Below are positions 56,397 through 64,000 of a stretch of DNA of 64,000 nucleotides, in pieces. The DNA lies in NCBI GenBank assembly GCA_964550435.1, contig CAZJZI010000008.1, positions 94 to 64,093 on the forward strand. The letters run 5' to 3'. A model generated the notes under the pieces. It was given only the letters and a program-made list of their open reading frames with translations, had not been told where the DNA came from and ran no database searches. Every line of letters begins with the position of its first letter. The first letter of the stretch is position 1. The DNA comes from an uncultured Chitinophagales bacterium. GTDB lineage: Bacteria > Bacteroidota > Rhodothermia > Balneolales > HLUCCA01. Position numbers and translations under genes: made by a program.

Positions 56397-58559
56397 GTGG
56401 ATTTTATAGTGGCGACAAAAACTAAATACATATCAAATTTAAATACATTCTGGGGATCTGTTCAGTTCCGCATGTTAATTTTAGTTTTCATTGCATATGG
56501 CTGCTCTTCTGTTGCCACAGATAACCAAACGGACCAGGTTGATTCAGATAACATTGAGGTAAAAATTACAGAAGGGCTAAAAAGAGTTAACAGTTCAATT
56601 GATGGTGCTGATTTCAATTATGCCGTAGCAGTACTTGACAGCATCACTGCACTGGCGGATTCAGCTCAAAATCAAAGTCTGAAAGCTCGTGTTGAAGTTC
56701 AACGAGGTCTCATTTTTGCCTATCAGGGACGTTATAATGACGCTATTTCTACACTAGAACAATATCTTTCTGATGCAAAAGAGCACGGTAGCATAAGTCT
56801 CCAATTCTTGTACCATATGAGGTTGGCTTCTATGTACGAACAAATCGGAGATGGTGAGAAAGCTTTGGAATATATCGACATTGCTACCTCTTTCCCCCAG
56901 GATGAACTGAATTCTAACGAAAGATTTGGAGCATTTATCACAAAAGCCTCCATATACTCAGAAAATCGGAGGTTTGCAGAATCGATTGAATTATATCAGC
57001 TAGCAATTTCAATGGCTGATACGGCAAGTAGTATATCCAAATCAAATCTGGCAATCGCTTATAATAACTTAGGATTACTTCTGCATGACCTAAGAAGGTT
57101 CGAAGAGGCACTTCTTGAATATGAAGAATCTATGAGAATAAACACTCAGATTGAAAACAAGCTTGGTCTTTCTCAGAACCTGAACAACATGGCCAATTCT
57201 TATAAAAGCCTGGGTGACTATCAGAAATCTATAGACTTTCTATTTCAGGCTGTTGAAGTAAACAAGTCCGTTAATGCAAGTGCTTCACTAGTCCGAAACT
57301 ATTATAACCTCGGAGAAACGTACATAAGTTTAGAAGAATTCGAAAATGCAGAGGACTACTTCTACATGGCTTATGACATGTCTAAACAAGCATTATTTGC
57401 TCCTGGGATTATGTACAACGCAAATGGATTGGCTAAAGTAAGTGTTGAGAAGGGCTTTCCCGGGCAGGCTATTAACTACGCAATTGAATCTTTAGAACTA
57501 GCTAAACAATCTAAAACCATTGATATAGAAGTTAGTAATTACGAAAATCTGAGTGCCGCCTATGAACAACTTAATGACTTCGAACAAGCCCTGGAATATC
57601 ACAAATTGCATCAAGTTCTAAATGATTCGATAACCTTAAACCGAACTAAAAGAGATATTGAGGAAGTTCGTAGCTCGTTTCAGTTTGAGTTACTAACAAA
57701 TCAGAATGCTTTACTTGAACAGCAAGTTCTTGTTTATGAGCTAAGGTCCAGAAGACAAGTACTTTACCTTGTTATACTTCTTGTCATCGTATTCTCAATT
57801 GCAACTATTCTGTTTGTGATAAACCGGAATAAAAAGAAAATCGATGTCAAAAATAATCAACTGGAGATTCTGAATAACGAAAAGGACACCCTGACAAAAG
57901 TTATCGTCCATGACCTAAGAAATCCCCTTACTGGACTACTAGGCTCGTTAGAACTACTAAAAGATGACAATTTGAATGCTGAACAAGCTGATCTTGTGAA
58001 AATTGCCTTGAGTTCTACCAAAAAAGTATCTGAAATGGTTGACGGACTGCTTGAAATATCTAGGATGAAGGATGAGCAAATCGATGATGCAATCAAGTTG
58101 ACAGATATCAAATCTTTATGTCAGGAAACTATAGAACTTTTCAGACCAAAAGCTCAAATCAAGGATATAAAGATCTCCAGTCGCCTCGAGAATCTTACGC
58201 TTGTCACCCATCCACTGTACATAAGCAGAATACTAGGCAACTTACTTTCAAACTCCATGAAGTTTTCAGAAAATGGTTCTTTGGTCTATGTAGAAACAAC
58301 TATTGACAAAATGAACAATCTTTGGAAGCTGAGAGTGATTGATCATGGACCTGGGTTCACTGATTTAGACAAAGCCTCCGCATTTCAAATGTTTCAGAAG
58401 CTTTCAGCTACGCCTAAAACGGGTGAGAACTCCTCGGGATTGGGACTCTATACAGTCCATTTACTGACAAATAAACTGGGTGGATCGGTAAGAATAGAGA
58501 ACAATACACCAAAAGGTGCAGTAATAACTTGTGAATTCCCATTCACTGCCGTTCAGTAG
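56397..58559 (+). CDS. TPR-repeat sensor histidine kinase (orphan)
   Basis: It has an extracytoplasmic TPR region of about 420 aa, one TM (VLYLVILLVIVFSIATILFVI), the H-box VIVHDLRNPL and an HATPase_c G-box (SSGLGLY). It starts at a GTG at 56397; an alternative ATG at 56472 gives a lipoprotein-like signal (LILVFIAYGC). Confidence 0.85.
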   Translation: MDFIVATKTKYISNLNTFWGSVQFRMLILVFIAYGCSSVATDNQTDQVDSDNIEVKITEGLKRVNSSIDGADFNYAVAVLDSITALADSAQNQSLKARVEVQRGLIFAYQGRYNDAISTLEQYLSDAKEHGSISLQFLYHMRLASMYEQIGDGEKALEYIDIATSFPQDELNSNERFGAFITKASIYSENRRFAESIELYQLAISMADTASSISKSNLAIAYNNLGLLLHDLRRFEEALLEYEESMRINTQIENKLGLSQNLNNMANSYKSLGDYQKSIDFLFQAVEVNKSVNASASLVRNYYNLGETYISLEEFENAEDYFYMAYDMSKQALFAPGIMYNANGLAKVSVEKGFPGQAINYAIESLELAKQSKTIDIEVSNYENLSAAYEQLNDFEQALEYHKLHQVLNDSITLNRTKRDIEEVRSSFQFELLTNQNALLEQQVLVYELRSRRQVLYLVILLVIVFSIATILFVINRNKKKIDVKNNQLEILNNEKDTLTKVIVHDLRNPLTGLLGSLELLKDDNLNAEQADLVKIALSSTKKVSEMVDGLLEISRMKDEQIDDAIKLTDIKSLCQETIELFRPKAQIKDIKISSRLENLTLVTHPLYISRILGNLLSNSMKFSENGSLVYVETTIDKMNNLWKLRVIDHGPGFTDLDKASAFQMFQKLSATPKTGENSSGLGLYTVHLLTNKLGGSVRIENNTPKGAVITCEFPFTAVQ

Positions 58560-58573
58560 CTTAAGACACAAAG

Positions 58574-59416
58574 ATGCCAACACGCTATAGAACGGTATCA
58601 AAAAGACGTCTTTTGGAATTAAAACCTTACCTTGATTCACTCAACGATAAGGTAGAAATACCAGATTACATCCATAGTGACCCGGTCAGTTTCATGCATG
58701 CGTTTACTGATCCACGTGACCAATTAATCGCTGGTTTTTTTGCCGCTATCATGGCCTGGGGACGTCGCGACATAGTGATCGCCAAGGTATCTGATTTAAT
58801 CGAAAGAATGAATCACAAACCCTACGAGTTTGTCACACAATTTGATGATACTTCAGCTCAAAGATTAGTAGGCTTTAAACATCGCACTTTTACTGCAGAT
58901 GATGTTTATTGGCTAATTCGAATACTAAAGAATATCCACACCGATTTTGATTCATTCGAGGCTTTTTGGAGGCATTGTTATAATAAGGCTAATACTTCAG
59001 ATGTCCATTTTATGGATGTTTTTCACGATGAATTTTTTAGTCAAATACCGGAAACACCTCAAAGATCAAGAAAACACATCGCTGATAAACGCAAGAAAAG
59101 CACCTGTAAAAGACTATTTTTATTCTTAAGATGGGCGGTGCGAGATAACAGTCCTGTCGATTTAGGAATTATGAATGCTATCCCAAAATCTGAGCTTAGA
59201 ATCCCTTTTGATGTTCATGTTGCCAGACAAGCACGCATTCTGGGATTACTAGGCCGTAAACAAAATGACTGGGTTGCATTGGATGAACTTCACAATCGGT
59301 TGTTGTTGCTGGATCCAGAAGATCCAGCCCGATACGACTACGCACTTTTTGGTATAGGGGTCCTGAAGATTCCGATTCCAGAAGAATTTATAATAAATAA
59401 AGTAGTTGATGGTTGA
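58574..59416 (+). CDS. TIGR02757/DUF2400-like conserved hypothetical protein
   Basis: 280 aa. DPVSFMHAF..DQLIAGFFAAIMAWGRRDIV and LGRKQNDW..ALDELHNRLLLLDPEDPARYDYALFGIG match the pattern I recall for this family. I am recalling the family from memory, not from a search. Confidence 0.55.
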   Translation: MPTRYRTVSKRRLLELKPYLDSLNDKVEIPDYIHSDPVSFMHAFTDPRDQLIAGFFAAIMAWGRRDIVIAKVSDLIERMNHKPYEFVTQFDDTSAQRLVGFKHRTFTADDVYWLIRILKNIHTDFDSFEAFWRHCYNKANTSDVHFMDVFHDEFFSQIPETPQRSRKHIADKRKKSTCKRLFLFLRWAVRDNSPVDLGIMNAIPKSELRIPFDVHVARQARILGLLGRKQNDWVALDELHNRLLLLDPEDPARYDYALFGIGVLKIPIPEEFIINKVVDG

Positions 59417-59426
59417 CACAACATAT

Positions 59427-60365
59427 CTAAACCATCCAGTAGTAAAGTAATTGGGCGGCTAATCGAGATGTTCTAGAATCTAGGTCGAAGTTTGGATTAA
59501 CCTCTGCTATATCGAAGGCTTGGATTTTATTCAATCGATGAATTTCTCTGAAAATTGAAAAGAATCGAGCATCCGGAGTTAACCCAAATGCTGCTGGCGC
59601 ACTGACACCAGGTGCATAAGCCGCTGAAAAAGCATCCATACATACTGTCAGATAAAGTATATCATATTCTTGAGCAAATAGCCTGACCTGATAAAGGATA
59701 TCCTCAATTGGCATGATTTCCATATCAAACAAGGTCAGTTTACGCACACCGCATTGTCTTGCTCTCTCTTTTAATACCTGTGTATTTGAAGCGTCATTGA
59801 CTCCCAGAATCAAATATCCCGTATCTGGATACTCTCTCAGGATCTGATAGAATCCTGTTCCCGATGTTGGACCAATTTCTGTATCTACGGCTCTGAGATC
59901 ATAATGAGCGTCAATGTTCAATATCCCAATTCGTTTGTCGGGATATGCTTTCTTTAAACCCTTGAAATGTGGGTAAGTTATTTCGTGCCCACCACCAATA
60001 AGAATTGACCTGTTTCTAGTACTGTGAATACCTGATATTACTTCTGAAAGCTCATTCTGATCGTTTTGGAGGTCCGTTTCTGCCACGAAATCACCCAAAT
60101 CTGGTATCACAAAATCGGGCCTGGGTATTGGAAGTGAAGAGGCCGCTTTTCTGATTGATTCAGGCCCATTTTTAGCTCCAACCCGACCATTATTCCGTCT
60201 AACTCCTTCATCTCCTGAAAATCCTATCAGAATCCACTTATCATCAAATAAAGGCACCTCTTCATATACAATGGCTTTAACTACCTGGTGCCATCTTAAA
60301 CTGTCAGGGTCATTGCTATCTATTCTGCCTGACCAGGCGTTCGACTTATGCAATTTTTGATTCAT
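59427..60365 (-). CDS. hutG: Formimidoylglutamase (arginase family)
   Basis: It has WSGRIDSNDPDSLRWHQ, GGGHEITYPHF, NIDAHYDLR and CMDAFSAAYAPGVSAP. The track start at 60395 is a GTG; the ATG at 60365 is preferred and overlaps the hutI 3' end by 20 nt. Confidence 0.88.
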   Translation of the reverse strand: MNQKLHKSNAWSGRIDSNDPDSLRWHQVVKAIVYEEVPLFDDKWILIGFSGDEGVRRNNGRVGAKNGPESIRKAASSLPIPRPDFVIPDLGDFVAETDLQNDQNELSEVISGIHSTRNRSILIGGGHEITYPHFKGLKKAYPDKRIGILNIDAHYDLRAVDTEIGPTSGTGFYQILREYPDTGYLILGVNDASNTQVLKERARQCGVRKLTLFDMEIMPIEDILYQVRLFAQEYDILYLTVCMDAFSAAYAPGVSAPAAFGLTPDARFFSIFREIHRLNKIQAFDIAEVNPNFDLDSRTSRLAAQLLYYWMV

Positions 60366-61596
60366 AGATGCAAACTCCTTTCTTCCAGACCTCACTAGGT
60401 TTCAATAACCCTTGGTGATACAATACTTCTCGATAATCAGTAGTATCATAGCATTGAAAATCAGCGATCATCCCCGACTGTAGTATACCTCTGTCAGTAA
60501 ATTTAAGGGCTTTTGCAGCACGGAAAGTTAATCCACTGAATACCTCAGCAGTTGACATTTTCTGCTTAGTGCCCAAGACAGAAGCTTGAATTAACAAGTC
60601 CCCCATCGGAGCTGACCCTGGATTCCAGTCACTGGCAATCGCTAGAATTCCACCATTATCTAATATCTTTCGAGCTGGCATAAATGGTTCGCCTAATCCC
60701 ATTGACGCACCGGGTAAAGCAACGGCAACACAATCGGAATTTGCCACAGCATGAATTTCAGCATCCCTGCTAACCTCAAGATGATCAACAGACAACGCAC
60801 CCAATTTTACTCCCAGCATGGATCCACCTGTGCTGAACTGATCTGCGTGTATAAGAATATCAAACCCAGATAACTTTGCCTTCGACAAATAATCCCATGC
60901 TTGTTGTGTATCAAAGGCTGTTCTTTCAACAAAAATATCAACCCGAGTAGAGAGAAATTCCGATTTGACAATTGGAAGAATGTGTTCAGTTATATCAGCT
61001 AGATAACTCGTAGCATTACCAGAGTATTCCTTAGGGATTGTATGTGCTGCTAAACAGGTTGAAATTACATCAACTAAGGTCTGATTAGCGGCGTTATTTA
61101 TCACTCGTAAGAGCCTAATTTCTTCGTCAATCGATAATCCGTAGCCGGATTTCACTTCAATGGTGGTTACCCCCCATGTCAAAGCCATTGAAATTCTTTT
61201 TAGCATATTACTGACCAACAAGGCATCCGGGGCTTCACGTGTTTTCTTAACTGTATCCCAAATACCACCTCCAGACTCAGCAATTTCAAGGTATGGATAT
61301 CCTGAGTTTCGCATGGCAAAATCCTTTGCTCTCGAACCTTCCCAACATAAGTGAGTATGACAATCAATGAAACCGGGTAATACTACCACATCTCTGCCAA
61401 ATTCTACTCTTTTCGAGTCAACAAAGCGCTTCAGTAAGTTTTTATAAAGTCCTGTCTCAATGATTTTCCCATTCTGCACAACCAGACCGGCGTTGGGAAT
61501 CACCTCAAGTTGATCATCAGAAATTTTTCCCCTAAGGGAAAGTCCATTCATGGTTAAAAGTTGAGAAATCGGACCTATAAGAATTTGGTTATTCAT
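60346..61596 (-). CDS. hutI: Imidazolonepropionase
   Basis: It has PGFIDCHTHL, IHADQFS and SDWNPGS. The track start at 61605 is a TTG; the ATG at 61596 lies 5 nt after the hutU stop. Confidence 0.9.
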   Translation of the reverse strand: MNNQILIGPISQLLTMNGLSLRGKISDDQLEVIPNAGLVVQNGKIIETGLYKNLLKRFVDSKRVEFGRDVVVLPGFIDCHTHLCWEGSRAKDFAMRNSGYPYLEIAESGGGIWDTVKKTREAPDALLVSNMLKRISMALTWGVTTIEVKSGYGLSIDEEIRLLRVINNAANQTLVDVISTCLAAHTIPKEYSGNATSYLADITEHILPIVKSEFLSTRVDIFVERTAFDTQQAWDYLSKAKLSGFDILIHADQFSTGGSMLGVKLGALSVDHLEVSRDAEIHAVANSDCVAVALPGASMGLGEPFMPARKILDNGGILAIASDWNPGSAPMGDLLIQASVLGTKQKMSTAEVFSGLTFRAAKALKFTDRGILQSGMIADFQCYDTTDYREVLYHQGLLKPSEVWKKGVCIYESKIA

Positions 61597-61601
61597 GTGT
61601 A

Positions 61602-63281
61602 TCAAACCTCCAATCCAAACTTCCTGGCATTGTCTCTGGCAATGTCATATCCAGCGTCCATGTGCCGAAAAATTCCCATAGCTGGGTCATTATGTAAAAC
61701 ACGACGTAATCTTCGCTCGGCTTCCTCTGTTCCGTCAGCAACAACAACCATCCCGGCATGCTGTGAGTACCCCATTCCAACGCCCCCTCCATGATGAAGA
61801 GAAACCCATGTAGCGCCACCACAGGCGTTTGATAACAAATTCAAAAAGACCCAATCCGATACTGCATCAGATCCATCCAACATAGCTTCGGTTTCACGGT
61901 TCGGCGACGCCACTGACCCACAATCCAAATGGTCACGTCCAATTACGATCGGTGCAGAAACTATCCCTTTTCTGACGAGATCATTGAATAGCACCCCAGC
62001 CTTCTCCCTTTCACCCATTCCAAGCCAGCAAATTCTTGCTGGAAGTCCCTGAAATGATATCTTTTCTTTCGCTTGTTTCAACCAACTTATAAGACCAATG
62101 TTTTCAGGAAAAGCCTGAATCAATGCTTCATCCGTTCGGTATATGTCATCTGGGTCACCGGATAGCGCTACCCATCTAAATGGCCCTTTCCCATCGCAGA
62201 ATAATGGACGAATGAACTCAGGGGTGAATCCTGGAATATCGAAAGCATTCTCACAACCCCCCTGCTTTGCAAATTCCCTGATGTTATTTCCATAATCAAA
62301 AGTAACTGCACCACGCTGTTTCAATTTCAGCATCAGTCGAACATGTCTTGCCATGCTCGAAATAGAAGCTTTTATGTAAGTATCGGGTTCGGCTTTTCGA
62401 AGCACAGTAGCTTCATTAAGTGAATACCCATTAGGTATATATCCATTTAACGGATCATGAGCTGAAGTCTGATCAGTGAGGATATCTGGTGTTACCCCAT
62501 CTTCTAATAATTTTTCAAGGACATCACCTGCGTCTCCAACCAAACCTACTGATAACGGTAACTGAGCTTCTATCGCTTCATTAATCCATTTCATTGCTTC
62601 AGCATAATTTGTCGTCATCTTATCTATAAAACGGGTATTTAATCTTTTTTGAATCCTGGCCGGATCAATATCGACTCCAAGACAAACTGCTCCAGCCATG
62701 GTGGCTGCCAATGGCTGTGCTCCACCCATTCCCCCTAAACCCGCAGTAACAAGGAGTTTACCACTCAATTCACCTGCAAAATGTTTCCTTCCACACGCCA
62801 TAAATGTTTCGTAGGTACCCTGAAGAATTCCTTGTGAACCGATATAAATCCAACTTCCAGCGGTCATTTGACCATACATCATTAAATCACGAGAGCGTAG
62901 CTCATTGAAATGATCCCAGGTTGCCCATGCAGGAACCAGATTACTATTGGCAATCAACACTCTGGGTGAATCTTTATGAGTCCGCACCACTCCTACTGGT
63001 TTCCCCGACTGTACAAGTAATGATTCATCATCATTCAATTTCAAAAGAATCTCAATTATCTTTTGGAGTGATGTGACATTTCTTGCTGCTTGCCCAATAC
63101 CCCCATAAACTACCAAATCATCAGGATTCTCTGCCACTTGCTGATCCAGATTATTCAACAACATCCTTATCGGTGCTTCCGTCAGCCAGGTTTTGGCGTG
63201 AAGCGTTGACCCTGTTGGGGACTTGTAAATCGGATGACTTGCATATGTTTCAATAAAGTGAGAAGTGTTCGAATCCATCAT
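61602..63281 (-). CDS. hutU: Urocanate hydratase
   Basis: 559 aa with [38 protein letters not shown] and [15 protein letters not shown]. Confidence 0.95.
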   Translation of the reverse strand: MMDSNTSHFIETYASHPIYKSPTGSTLHAKTWLTEAPIRMLLNNLDQQVAENPDDLVVYGGIGQAARNVTSLQKIIEILLKLNDDESLLVQSGKPVGVVRTHKDSPRVLIANSNLVPAWATWDHFNELRSRDLMMYGQMTAGSWIYIGSQGILQGTYETFMACGRKHFAGELSGKLLVTAGLGGMGGAQPLAATMAGAVCLGVDIDPARIQKRLNTRFIDKMTTNYAEAMKWINEAIEAQLPLSVGLVGDAGDVLEKLLEDGVTPDILTDQTSAHDPLNGYIPNGYSLNEATVLRKAEPDTYIKASISSMARHVRLMLKLKQRGAVTFDYGNNIREFAKQGGCENAFDIPGFTPEFIRPLFCDGKGPFRWVALSGDPDDIYRTDEALIQAFPENIGLISWLKQAKEKISFQGLPARICWLGMGEREKAGVLFNDLVRKGIVSAPIVIGRDHLDCGSVASPNRETEAMLDGSDAVSDWVFLNLLSNACGGATWVSLHHGGGVGMGYSQHAGMVVVADGTEEAERRLRRVLHNDPAMGIFRHMDAGYDIARDNARKFGLEV

Positions 63282-64000
63282 TCAACTCAAATGTGTTTAT
63301 AAGATGTGATAATTCTCCGCTGATAATCAACGAATGAATCTGATTGATATCCAGGCTCAACTCACGGTCAGCATCAATGAAATCAACACGTGATCGAATG
63401 AGGTCATATACTTGTTCAATTTTCGGGGTTGATCGGAGTGGACGTCTGAACTCAAGTGCCTGGGTCGCATATAGCAGTTCTATGGCAAGTATATACTCAA
63501 CATTCTCTAGTATTTTCAGAACTTTACGCCCTGATATGGACCCCATAGACACATGATCTTCTTGGCCTAGTGATGTTGGTATACTATCTGCTGATGCCGG
63601 GAAACATAATGTCTTGTTTTCAGAAGCAAGTGCAGCCGTAGTATACTGTGGAATCATAAGCCCTGAGTGCAATCCTGCATTCTGAATCAATAACTTAGGT
63701 AAATTGTATCTACCTTCAATGAGCAAATAGCATCGTCTGTCAGAGATATTACCAAGCTCAGAAACTGCAAAAGCTGCATAATCCATGGGTAAAGCAATCA
63801 ACTGGCCATGGAAATTTCCACCACTAATTGATTCATTGGAGCCGAATATTACTGGATTATCTGTGACTGAGTTCAGCTCTATTTCCAATAACTCTTTCAA
63901 ATGTAACCAAGCATTCCATGAAGCGCCATGTACCTGGGGCATACATCTGAGTGAATATGGATCCTGAACACGATCACAATCTATATGGGCTGTTAGGATT
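63250..64000 (-). CDS. hutH: Histidine ammonia-lyase, C-terminal part (5' end beyond window)
   Basis: The minus-strand frame is open to the window edge: ..[36 protein letters not shown]. The track entry 63250..63942 is only an internal-Met fragment. The stop overlaps the hutU start by 32 nt. Confidence 0.9.
   Translation of the reverse strand, partial: ILTAHIDCDRVQDPYSLRCMPQVHGASWNAWLHLKELLEIELNSVTDNPVIFGSNESISGGNFHGQLIALPMDYAAFAVSELGNISDRRCYLLIEGRYNLPKLLIQNAGLHSGLMIPQYTTAALASENKTLCFPASADSIPTSLGQEDHVSMGSISGRKVLKILENVEYILAIELLYATQALEFRRPLRSTPKIEQVYDLIRSRVDFIDADRELSLDINQIHSLIISGELSHLINTFELNDGFEHFSLY

Noticed and set aside
1-64000. CRISPR arrays, rRNA/tRNA genes, IS elements
   Set aside because: The longest non-coding stretches (365, 299, 181, 174, 133 and 123 nt) contain no regularly spaced repeats. 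I could fold no cloverleaf-like tRNA structure. No transposase-like ORF is present. A tRNAscan/Infernal run would be the decisive check.

Overview
This 64-kb chromosomal segment is almost fully coding, with about 58 CDS. I recognised no rRNA, tRNA, CRISPR array or mobile element. All calls come from by-eye motif recognition on the supplied translations and on my own reading of both strands; no database search was run.

Taxonomy (inference): FCB superphylum, Bacteroidota / Rhodothermota / Balneolota-like. The supporting features are several cargo proteins with LEQNYPNPFNP-type T9SS C-terminal sorting domains, a PorV/PorQ-like barrel, a CarboxypepD_reg-type TonB-dependent receptor, alternative complex III next to a caa3 oxidase, and TAnnTTTG-like promoter boxes.

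Layout:
1. 1-12.4 kb, minus strand: outer-membrane and secretion block. It holds a partial GHL10-like hydrolase, a T9SS beta-propeller cargo, a tight four-gene operon (TonB-dependent receptor, 706-aa T9SS-tailed protein, PorV/PorQ-like barrel, IPT/TIG lipoprotein), and a T9SS-exported PGRP-type peptidoglycan amidase with a small lipoprotein.
2. 12.5-28.6 kb: housekeeping genes (surE, panB, fabZ, ubiE, comF, rodZ-like, ligA, STAS protein plus sodium:solute symporter, 7TM-HD hydrolase, xerD, mtnA, pfkA, YrdC/YciO-like).
3. 28.7-44.1 kb: respiratory island (DUF420, actABCDEF, small TM protein, SCO, caa3 oxidase subunits II/I/III/IV, ctaA, ctaB).
4. 44.2-47.8 kb: fumC and a fused E1 alpha/beta 2-oxoacid dehydrogenase.
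5. 47.9-55.2 kb: divergent lipid cluster (GNAT-like acyltransferase, Spt-like alpha-oxoamine synthase, two GT4 glycosyltransferases, extended SDR) plus a secreted Ig/propeller protein.
6. 55.3-59.4 kb: mutY, an orphan TPR sensor kinase, and a TIGR02757-like protein.
7. 59.4-64 kb: hutH-hutU-hutI-hutG operon, running off the right edge.

The two best candidates for something not yet described are the SusD-less TBDT/PorV-paralogue/T9SS-cargo operon (2082-9669) and the putative glycosphingolipid (ceramide) biosynthesis locus (47903-53728).
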